From Narcine bancroftii (taxonomy: Eukaryota), in assembly GCF_036971445.1 (NCBI RefSeq), contig NC_091473.1:130944001-131008000 (forward strand): a DNA stretch of 64,000 nt, written 5' to 3'. The notes under the pieces are model-generated. The model was not told the DNA's origin and made no database searches. It saw only the letters and a list, made by a program, of their open reading frames with translations. Shown here piece after piece: positions 38,347 through 49,200 of this stretch. The position numbers were made by a program, and so were the translations under genes. Every line of letters starts with the position of its first letter. Position 1 is the first letter of the stretch.

Positions 38347-40433
38347 GTAAAATAACATGTAAATTTTAAGCTGCTCATTCTCTGGGCTATATTTTTAAGG
38401 TAAAAAAGGTAAAAGAAGTATATTTTAAAATGTTTAGACTTAAAATTACACAAAAACTTGACGTTAACAATTTGTTATAAAATTGGTCTCGACATCCCTC
38501 ATAACATGTCTACGTTGTTCCAACAGTGGAACAACGTTGTCATCGTCATTGGAACAATGTAAGAAACCAACGTCAATCCCATGCCATTTTGCTCATTAGC
38601 TTTACATTGTTCCAACGAGAGCTGATGACCTTGGAAAAACGCACCCAACTCTCAACTTGAGAGTACGCCACAGAACAGCAAAACAAGCGACCGATTCTGG
38701 ATTTGGTGAATGACGACAACTTCGAATAAGGTAAGAATTGTCGTTTTTTTAGTAACGGTTAGGTTAGTTAGGAGAGGTTGGTTAGTTAAGCTTACATTTC
38801 AGAACGGGGGGACGCACTTTAATTTTGCCGTTTTGTTCAGGTGATTTTCTAATAAAATGTCCAGCGCTACTTTGTCGCTAGATATTTGGCTAGAAAATCG
38901 GCAGAAAAACTGATGTGTGTAATGGATGAAATTCACCCCTGAAGAAAACAATTTCCGCATGGTCAAGCTAAACTGCACCTGTTCCAAATCATCAAAAACA
39001 TGAAATAGGCTATATTAAGCTCTGGCAGTACAATAGCATAGTTAGTAACAGTAACCTCGTACTATTTTGATACTAAATCAAACCACTGGAAAATTATGAA
39101 ACAATGACAGAGGCAGCTTTGCTAAGAATATCCGGATCTTGTAAAGATGAATAACCCCGAGATGTACAGTATATGCCTCCATAGCTGAATAACCTTGTAA
39201 ACCAGCTCATAAAGATGTAGGCTATAACCTCCACAACGACCTAGCCAAGTAAAGATCCGCTTAAACTATCCTAACTTCGGGGTTATTCATCTTTACAAGA
39301 CCCGAATATCCTCCCCAATTCCATCTACAATTGCTAACCTTGTCAGAAATTCTATGCTTCGGCCTAGGCTATTTACGTTCAGGCTAACTGCTTAAGCCTC
39401 GGCTATAGGCTAGGCCCTAGGCTAACATGATGCCATCTCAATCTCATATTAAAGTACAAGTTCTCTTATTGATTAGCCTATAGCCTGTTCTGATCTTGAT
39501 AATAATAAGAGATGCTTCATCAGCTCCAGAATACATCTATCTTACTGGGTCAAATGAATACGAAACATGAAATTTTTGGCTAGAGAGACAAAGGAGGCCT
39601 ATAGCCAGTAGTTTAATCAAAGACATATTTCCAAAAAATATTTCACTGAGATAATATGATCAATTAAGGGTAATAACTTCACGAGTTCACTGAAAAATCC
39701 CTCAGTTTATAAAGCCTATAGTATTATTATTTTCTTACCAGTTTAAACGAAGTCCGTCACAGTGTTCTCTGCTCAAGGCCTGGGCTCAAACACGTGCGCG
39801 GGGCCCCCTTGAGGCGCGGGGCCCAATTTGATCAAATTGGTCAAATAGGCTTAAAACCGGTCCTGTTCCCAACTCTTACTGCCCACAATATCCAATAAGA
39901 AGAGCAAATGACACTTTGAGAAGTGTCACTTCTCTGCAGAGATAGTAGTGAACAATTTGTAAATGTTGGGTGTAAATGTTTTCAATTACCTACCATTTAG
40001 ATCCTGTATTTGAAAACTTTATAGACTATTTTTTGGGGGGTATATATAGGTGGTCACAGCATTGTGGGCTGAAGAGCTTATTCTGTAATGTTCTATCAGG
40101 ATTAGGTCTGTCCTATTCATTATCTCGGCTCATTTGATATTTTCCACATCCATAAAATTTCCAAAATTTGTCAAGAAAGCAAAGCCATCTCATTTGATCT
40201 CTTCTCATACCTATAATTCTAAAACCTGAGCAACATCCCAAAACCCGACCCCAACTCCTCTGGTGTTCTTACATCCTTCCTGTGGTATGGTAACCAGGTA
40301 CATGGATGTGAGGGGGTTGGAGGGTTATGGGCAGGGAGCAGGTAAGTGGTACTAGGGGAGTTCACTTAACTCCCCTAGTAGAGGGGCCGACGTGGCCTGT
40401 TACCATCCTGTAATTGTTATCTTTATATGGTTA

Positions 40434-41805
40434 TCTTCTTGGCTTGGCTTCGCGGACAAAGATTTATAGAAGGGGTAAATGTCCACGTCAGCTGAAGGCT
40501 CGTTTGTGGCTGACAAGTCTGATGCAGGACAGGCAGATACAGTTGCAGCGGTTGCAAGGGAAAATTGGTTGGTTGGGGTTGGGTGTTGGGTTTTTCCTCC
40601 TTTGTCTTTTCTCAGTGAGGTGGGCTCTGGGGTCTTCTTCAAAGGAGGTTGCTGCCCGCTGGACTGTGAGGCGCCAAGATGCACGGTTTGAGGCGAATCA
40701 GCCCACTGGCGGTGGTCAATGTGGCAGGCACCAAGAGATTTCTTTAGGCAGTCCTTGTACTTCTTCTTTGGTGCACCTCTGTCACGGTGGCCAGTGGAGA
40801 GCTCACCATATAACACGATCTTGGGAAGGCGATGGTCCTCCATTCTGGAGACGTGACCCTCCCAACACAGCTGGATCTTCAGCAGCATGGACTCGATGCT
40901 GTTGGCCTCTGCCATCTCGAGTACTTCGATGTTAGGGATGAAGGCGCTCCAATGAATGTTGAGGATGTAGCGGAGACAACGCTGGTGGAAGCATTCTAGG
41001 AGCCGTAGGTGATCATGATTCGGAGCCGAACAGGAGTGTGGGTATGACAACGCCTCTGTATACGCTAATCTTTGTGAGGTTTTTCAGTTGGTTGTTTTTC
41101 CAGACTCTTTTGTGTAGTCTTCCAAAGGCGCTATTTGCCTTGGCGAGTCTGTTGTCTATCTCGTTGTCGATCCTTGCATCTGATGAAATGGTGCAGTTGA
41201 GATAGGTAAACTGGTTTACCGCTTTGAGTTTTGTGTGCCCGATGGAGATGTGGGGGGGCTGGTAGTCATGGTGGGGAGCTGGCTGATGGAGGACCTCTGT
41301 TTTCTTCAGGCTGACTTCCAGGCCAAACATTTTGGCAGTTTCCGCAAAACAGGACGTCAAGCGCTGAAGAGCTGGCTCTGAATGGGTAACTAAAGCAGCA
41401 TCGTCTGCAAAGAGTAGTTCACGGATAAGTTTCTCTTGTGTCTTGGTGTGAGCTTGCAGGCGCCTCAGATTGAAGAGACTGCCATCCGTGCGGTACCGGA
41501 TGTAAACAGCGTCTTCATTGTTGAGGTCTTTCATGGCTTGGTTCAGCATCATGCTGAAGAAGATTGAAAAGAGGGTTGGTGCGAGAACACAGCCTTGCTT
41601 CATGCCATTGTTAATGGAGAAGGGTTCAGAGAGCTCATTGCTGTATCTGACCTGACCTTGTTGGTTTTCGTGCAGTTGGATAACCATGTTGAGGAACTTT
41701 GGGGGGTATCCGATGCGCTCTAGTATTTGCCAAAGCCCTTTCCTGCTCACGGTGTCGAAGGCTTTGGTGAGGTCAACATAGGTGATGTAGAGTCCTTTGT
41801 TTTGA
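40434..41805 (-). mobile_element. RTE-clade LINE, 5'-truncated, well preserved RT to 3' end
   Basis: DLTKAFDTVSR, GMKQGCVLAPTLF, LLFADD, RLPKIVLYGEL; ORFs 41013-41750 and 40400-41050. Confidence 0.95.
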
Positions 41806-42340
41806 TACAGTATTCAGAACTACTTCAGAAAGCATTTTAAATTTTAAATAGGAGGAAATAACAAATTAATTAAAAAAAATTACATCCAGCTAATGCCTGT
41901 TTAGCCTGCTTTGAATGCAGAACAATAATTCATCTATTTTGATTTTTTTTGCTTGCATAAACATAGGTCTGCCAAATATTATTGATTTTCAGATTCTGCT
42001 AAATACATTAGTTATGTGAAAATCATATTGGATATGTTAGTGGTAATTTGTTGGTAATGTGAAACAGGTATGACAATAATCCAGAAGGAAAGGAAAAGAA
42101 ATGTTGAGAGAAATTACTGTGTGGCATGTGTTCAAAGATGTTTCTAATATCAAGTTATAGCCACTCTGGCTGAAAACTTCATAGAATATGTGTAGGGTTG
42201 GATTAATTAACATTGTGTTGATTTTCCTATTTAAGAAAGTGACCCATAATCTACTTGTAAACTTATTAGCTTGGAGTCACTATCATCGAAATGGTAGCAG
42301 CTCATTTTGGTGTTTCCCATGCTTTGACCTACCTCGTAGG

Positions 42341-43001
42341 CAGTGGCATATCTAGGTCAAGTGGCATCCTAGGGATGCCACTGATATTGGCACCCCTCCA
42401 TTAAAAAAAATCACAAAAATACACCACACATTAACCGTGCCACTGCTGCCTAACATAGATTCCATTTTAAGTGCCCCTCACCACCACCACACACACAGGT
42501 TGTGGATACAGGGTTGTGAGACATCTATCTGTCTTTACCCCTTCCCTCCTCCTGAGGCCACATTCCGGCGATGGAAGTCTGTCAGAAGTTTGTTTGAGGA
42601 ACGGTTCACGGGACAGGCTGCAGGGAGATCAGCGAGGTATTAATTGGAGAATCTCCGTGGGCTGTCGGTGGGGCTGTCAGCACGTGAGGCCGGGGCAGGT
42701 GGCCATTGGGGTCATTGGAGGGCGGCCGGCAGAGCCATCAGTGCATGGCTGGGACAGGCTGTCACTGGCAGAGCAGTTCTAGCTGCATGGGAGATTATGG
42801 GTGGGGAAGATGACCATTTTTCCCATTGATCCTGCATTGAGCCGCCGCCAGGTGCCGCTTGCATGCTGGAGAGGCCCCGAAGTGGCCCATATTGGCCTAG
42901 TGACTCTGATATTGGCCAGGTAAGGTGAGGACAATGGTGTCCCCGCTTCATGTAGCGCCCCGGTTCTGTGCCCCACCTATCAATCCCGAGATATGCCTAT
43001 G
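42341..43001. mobile_element. Non-autonomous hAT (Tip100-like ends)
   Basis: TIRs CAGTGGCATATCT / AGATATGCCTATG; 8-bp flanks CTCGTAGG/CTTGTAGA (6/8). Confidence 0.75.
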
Positions 43002-43149
43002 CTTGTAGAAAAACACAGTATTTCCATTAGAAAACTGAGCATGCTGTATGGCACAGTGATTGCTTTACGAGCTCAAGTTTGTTTACGCAGTTATTTTTAA
43101 CTTGCTCTTTGTATGCCTTCTGGTTTTCTTATAATTCTTAATTTTTTTT

Positions 43150-43385
43150 TAATTTAGACATGCAGGATAATAACAGACCCCTTTCACCCATGAGCCTTTG
43201 CTGCCCCCATATGCACCCAATTGACCTCCATCCCTGTAGGTTTTTGAAGGGAGGGAGGAAACCAGAGCACCTGGCCAAAACCCATGCAGACACAGGGAGA
43301 GCATACAAACGCCTTAACAGCACTGGATTTGAACACAGGTCCCAGTCGATGCTGCTGTAACCAGGTTGAGCTCACCACTATGCTG
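43150..43385 (-). mobile_element. V-SINE
   Basis: reverse complement of V-domain (AAACCCATGCAGACACAGGGAGAGCATACAAAC) and B-box. Confidence 0.85.
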
Positions 43386-43519
43386 ATCTCTGGAAGTACC
43401 CAATGAAAATTGATTTCTGTGCCTCCAAAACTGATAGTTGTGATTAATACTAATTTAAGAAGGTTCACAAGCTAATTCAGCTTTTTTTTCAAATGCTTAG
43501 AACAATCATTGAAAAAATC

Positions 43520-43780
43520 TACGCACTGGGGAGTTTCCCAGAGAGTAGTGAATGTTTGGAATTCTCTAACCAGGGAAGTGGTTGAGGCTGCCTCATTAAA
43601 CATATTTAAAATTCAGTTAGATAAATTTTTACATGATAGAGGAATTAGGGGATATGGGGAGAAGGCAGGTAGGTGGAGTTAGGTCATAAATTAGATCAGC
43701 CATGATCGTATTGAATGGCGGAGCAGGCTCGATGGGCCATTTTTGGCCTACTCCTGTTCCTACTTCCTATGGTCCTATGG
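43520..43780 (+). mobile_element. CR1 3' end
   Basis: CAGAGAGTAGTGAATGTTTGGAATTCTCT (QRVVNVWNSL), AGATCAGCCATGATC, CCTACTCCTGTTCCTA tail. Confidence 0.88.
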
Positions 43781-44050
43781 ATGACTTTCTTTCTGCTGGT
43801 AGTAAAGAAATTGAACATTAGCACTCAATATGGACAGACTGTTATCTGCATTACACCTAAGTGCTTTACAAATTTAATTGTTTGTAAAATGTGACCATAT
43901 GATATTTAGTACAATTGAAGGTAGCATTTTCAGATTTGGCTGATATCACAAGTATTTCAGATTGATTTGAATGGAAGATCAACATGTAATTTACGATGCA
44001 TAACATCAAAACACAATTGTTTACAGATAATTCAGTTACTGTGTGACAGA

Positions 44051-45096
44051 AGCTGCTGTCAGGTGGCCAGAAAGCCCGACTGTAAAGCAGCACAGAAGTA
44101 TTCTGTGCGGCTGTTGGGTGGCCATCTGAAACCGGAAAAGCCGGCCAGGAGGGTTACTTACCTAACTAACTCTTCTCCGAGAGGTATAACTATCCTACTT
44201 GGAGTATCAATTGTGGCAGCTGAAAGCAGCCCGGGCTGCCAGGGGGCGGGCTGATGACGTTGTGGTGACGTCGTCACCCATTGACTCCTGAGACAAGGAA
44301 GCCAGACTAAAGTAAACTTCTTCAAATTTTATTTCACACCCTGTCCCACTGCCGGCCTCCACCCCACCCCACCCTCTCCCACCCAAATCCCGTTGCCACT
44401 TCCGGTCTCCCCCCTCGCTCATCCGACTCCTGCTGCCGATCTCCCTCCCCCCCTCTCCCGCCTGACTCCCGCTGCTGCTGCCATTCTCCACCCCCACCCT
44501 CACCTGCCCGACTCCCACTGCCACTTCTGGGGTGGGGGGGAGGAAGACTGGCAAGGGGAGTCGAGCGGGTAAGGGTGGGGGGGAAACCGGCAGCGGCAGC
44601 GGGAGTTGGATGGGCGAGGGGAGGGGAACCGATAGTGGCAATGGGAGTCAGGCAGGCAAGGGTGGGGGGGATCTGGCAGTGGCAGCGGAAGTCAGGCTGG
44701 CAAGGGTGGGGGAAATCAGGCAGCGGCAGCGGGAGTCAGGCAGGCGAGGGTGGGGGGGAACCAGCAGCGGGAGTCGGGGGTGAGGGTGGGGTGGGGGGAA
44801 ACTGGCAGCGAGAGTCAGGCGGGTGAGGGCGGGGGGAAGACCAGCAGCGGGAGTCAAGTCATGCCTGAGTTGTTTGTTAGGCATGCCTTGACGAGCAGCT
44901 ATGACGTGGAGTCAACGTGGGTGGGACTAGGCTCCTGTCCGGAGTAGCCGCTTCCGCTACTAGACGGCTAGCAGTCAGCTGGTACATTTAAGTGCCTGAA
45001 AGCCGTCCATTCCATGGCCACCTAAATGTGTTAGCTGAACTCCTCTAGTCGCGCCTGCAGGTGCCTAATCTTCTATCAGAGTACCTGAAAGCGGCT
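44051..45096. mobile_element. GC-rich non-autonomous TIR element (Harbinger-like) with an internal minisatellite
   Basis: ends AGCTGCTGTCAGGT / ACCTGAAAGCGGCT (12/14 inverted match); identical 3-bp flanks AGA. Confidence 0.6.
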
Positions 45097-45104
45097 AGAG
45101 TATT

Positions 45105-45319
45105 TAGAAACATAGAAACATAGAAGATAGGAGCAGGAGTAGGTCATTCGACCCTTCGAGCCTGCTCCGCCATTCAACGAGATCATGGCTGATCTTAAAG
45201 TTCAGTACCCCGTCCCCGCCTTCTCTCCGTAACCTTTAATACCCTTATACTGAAGAAATAGATCTAATTCCCTCTTAAATATATTTAATGAACCTGCCTC
45301 TACTGCCCTCTGTGGCAAT
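45105..45319 (-). mobile_element. CR1 3' end with (TAGAAACA)n tail
   Basis: TAGAAACATAGAAACATAGAAGATAGGAGCAGGAGTAGG; reverse complement of the 43520-type 3' UTR. Confidence 0.88.
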
Positions 45320-45978
45320 TTTAAAACATAAAATATTTGCTGGACTTTTGCAGAATGCTTTTTGCAAGAGGCAAAAAAGTATCGACATTCAGCTGGCCCG
45401 GGAGAGCATGGGATCTTTGCAGGCTGAACCGTTTTGCTCTCAGAGAGGGAGGGAATGAAACAGAGAGGAGAGACACAGAAATCAGTTCCAGAAGGTCAAA
45501 GGTGGCAAACTTTGGAAGGCTGCCTGGTCAAATGAGAAGGCTGGAGATCTGAAAGGTGACCTGAAAGAAAGAGGATCATCTGGAGAACCCTGAAGGGGGC
45601 AAGTTTCATCAGCGAGACTGAATGAGGATGAATCTCTCTCTGAAAATGAGTGATAACCCTCCTGAGTGGTAAACATTTGCCTGTTAAGCACCAAAGACTG
45701 GTGAACTTTGTTAATGCTAACTTCTGTGCACAGTACAAGAATTGCCTGCAACCAGTGAGATTGGACTGTGACCCAAATATTTTTTCTAATCTAAAAAATA
45801 TATTGCACACACCTGCACTTAGTATTAGAGGGGGGGGGGATTAAGTTGATTTGGTAGGTTAAGTAATAAGTTAAAGTTTAATTCTGTTTTCTTGTTCAGT
45901 TATGATTAAAAACTACTTTTGTGTCGTGGTGCATATCTATTGCTGCTGGGTTTTTGGGGTCCTCTGGACTCCGTAACA
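45320..45978 (+). mobile_element. Family B LTR, 5'-truncated
   Basis: 3' end ATATCTATTGCTGCTGGGTTTTTGGGGTCCTCTGGACTCCGTAACA is the reverse complement of 22690-22735. Confidence 0.8.
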
Positions 45979-46297
45979 ACTGTGACTTTACTAGATACTG
46001 CATGACCTGTTGGTGTGTTGCACTACAATCCCAGCATCTGCTGTACTGTAATGTTGATTTGCTGACAGCTGTCAGCATTTTAAATTGTTCATCTCAAAGG
46101 TTCATTATTTTGTTTGTCAATATTGCACTTATTTATGGTGATCAGCTGCTTTATTCTTGAAACAGAAATAAAGGCTACTTAAACTAAAGAGATATTTAGT
46201 GGTCGTTATCATCACAGCTCGCAGGAACAAGCGCAAAGGGAACTCACAATCACTTTTTTAAATTTAAATATTTTAAAATTTAGACAGAGAGCATGAC

Positions 46298-49200
46298 TGT
46301 AGTGATTTGATTGTATGTGCTGGCTGGCCCTCCCTCTGGGTGTCCTTCTATCTTGGCTCTTCCCTTAATCCTACCCATGTGACCCTGGGCCATAAAGGTC
46401 GAGTCCCCTCTCCTTCGTGCTCATTCCTAGCCTTGGACCCGGGCCAGAATCTCTAGTACAATAAAGCCTATCGTTCCCCTCAGTCTTTGTCTGAGTCATT
46501 ATTGGTGTTACCGATAGCACCCAACAATTTATGGTACTCGAGACTGCTGGCCCGGGTCCAAGGATAGGAATTGACCCACAAGTCCCAGGTGCTTCGGTGC
46601 TCTTCAAACAGTGGATGAACTGCTTCAATAACTTCCTCGACGCTGCTGCCAAGGTGGTCGACTCTGACGAGAAGAAGTTAAAAATCCTTCAGGCACGAGT
46701 CAGCCAGAGGGCCTTCCTGACCATCCAAGGCAGTGCGACCTACAACGAGGCGATGGCTTAGCTACGGGTGCTGTACAAGCCTAAAGTAAACGTGGTATAC
46801 TCCTGTTACCTGCTGGCGTCCATAAAACAACAGGAAAAGACTGTTTGGGGGAACCCACGGCCACTATATACCTAATCCAGTGCATGGAAGAACTGATTCG
46901 AGATGCCTGTGTGTCGGGTCTGAGGTCTGAGGTCAGATTACATCTGGCAACGACTCCTTGAGGAGGACCCGCTCCAACACAAAAAGGCTATCAACTTAAT
47001 CAGAACCTTAGACTTGGCCCAGAGCCACACAGTGTCGATCGTGGGCAGAAGTGGGCCATCTCCATATGTTTCACCATGAGGGCCTTCGGCCTGGGACTCT
47101 GCATCAGGCACTACCAACCCGATCACGGCTGCAATCACGCCGACGGCATCATCGAGATGCAACTTCTGTGGGCAGTCCAAGCATTTGCAACGCCTCTGCC
47201 CCGTGAGGGGGGGAGGCTATGTGTTCGGGAAGAGGGGTCATTACCAGAAAGTCTGCTGGTCCCGACCACAGTCTGGGAGCAGCACGGTGTGCGTTCCTGA
47301 GGAGCTTCCAGCGCTGACCGCGTGTGCTCTAAGGTGAGCGCCATCTTGTCGGCCATCACTACCAACCTCAGCACATTGGCCCACCGCCCCGATGACATCA
47401 CTTCCGACTGCCGAGACTCCATTTCTGCCTTCTTCTTCATCGAACACTGTGTGGTCAACATGGAGGTCACCATCTTGGGAAGGCCTCCCCACCAACGACG
47501 ACGATGAAGGGATGCCTATCCTGGCGTCGGTGACTTTGAATCAAGCCAACCCTCACATGATCCCAAACTCCATGATGCTGATTGAGGTGAATAGGCATAA
47601 AATGAACTATCTTTGAGATAGTGGCAGCACAGAAAGCTTTGTGCACCCCGATGTGGTCCAGAGACTCTCCCTCCCAATCCAACCCATGACCAGGACGGTT
47701 TAAATGGCTGCGGGACCAACAGATCAGTATCCGGGGGTATTGTGTAGTGTCGCTGACGGTGGGGGAGGAGTGTTATAATGATTTTGTATTGTTAATTATC
47801 CCTCCCCTCTGCGCGCCAATCCTCCTGGGCCTTGACTTTCAGAGTCAGTTCAGGAATGTGACGATGGCATTTGGGAGCCCCCAACCACCGCTGACCGTCC
47901 ACATCCACCAGTCCCTGGCACCGCCTCGTGGTCCCAGCACGCAGCCACTGGCACCATCCTGCGGGCTCAGTACCCAGTCTCCAGCAGCGTCCTGCAACCT
48001 CACCACACTGCGGGTGGCCCCCCCACCATCACTGTTCACGAACCTCACCTGGGATTGTAAACCACTCGCCACCAAGAGTAGACGATATAGCTCGGAGGAC
48101 ATGCAATTCATCCAGGCTGAGGTTCAATGACTCCTGGTGGAGGGGATCATAGACCCTAGCACCAGTCCCTGGAGAGCGCAGGTCCTCGTAGTCAGAGGTG
48201 CGGGCAAGCCCCGGATGGTAATTGATTATAGTCAGACCATCAACCGCTTCACCCGGTTGGACGCTTCCCCACTTCCCCGTGTAGCCAACTTGGTCAATAA
48301 GGTTGCTAAGTACAGAATTTTTTCGACCATTGACCTCAAGTCAGCTTACCATCAACTCCCCCTCTGCCCAGCCGATCGAATATATATACAGGCTTTGAGG
48401 CGGACAGGAAGCTCTTTCACTTCCTGTGGGTGCCTTTCAGGGTTATTAATGGTGTTTCTGTCTTTCAGAGAGTGATGGACTGGATGGTAGAGGAACACGG
48501 GCTGACGGCGATGTTCCCCTACCTCGACAATGCCATCATCTGCAGCCATGACCAGCAGGACCACGACACGAACCTCGCAAAATTCTTGCGTACGGCCAAT
48601 TCCCTTAACTTGACGTACAACAAGGACAAATGCGTGTTCAACACAGAGCACCTGGCCCTTCTTGGATGCCTCGTGGCACATGGTGTCATTGCCCCCTGAC
48701 CCAGACCGCATGGGACACCTCATGGAGCTTCCTGTCCCAAACTCCCTGAAAGCGCTTAAGAGATACCTGGGGCTGTTTTCATATTATGCTCAATGGGAGC
48801 CCAGCTACGCTGATAAGGCTCACCCCCTAATTCACACAGCCACCTTCCCATTATCGGCGGAGGCCCAGGCTTCTTTTGAACAAATTAGAGGAGATATCAC
48901 TAAGGCCACGATGCATGTCGTGGATGAATCTGTCCCTTTTCAGGTAGAGAGAGATGCCTCCAATATCACATTGGCCACCACGTTAAATCAGGCAGACAGG
49001 CCGGTAGCATTTTTGTCCCACACCCTGCACAGTCCTGAACTCCGGCACTCCCCTCTATCGAGAAGGAGGCTCAAGCTATCGTTGAGGTAGTGCGCCACCG
49101 GCGGCATTACCTAGCCGGTAAGAGATTTACCCTGTTGACTGATGGAGGGCAGTGGCCTTCATGTTCAGTGCCAAACAACGGGGTAAAATCAAGAATGACA

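Larger units (their letters stand above)
34824..39865 (-). mobile_element. Full-length hAT DNA transposon (Tip100/ZMYM1-like transposase)
   Basis: TIRs CAGGGCCGGT/ACCGGTCCTG; perfect 8-bp TSD TTCCCAAC (34816-34823/39866-39873). Confidence 0.96.

Noticed and set aside
44340-44860. CRISPR-like array
   Set aside because: Degenerate tandem units with no unique spacers, no cas genes, and a vertebrate context.
44207-44947. Pro/Gly-rich ORFs
   Set aside because: By-products of the GC-rich minisatellite, open on both strands.
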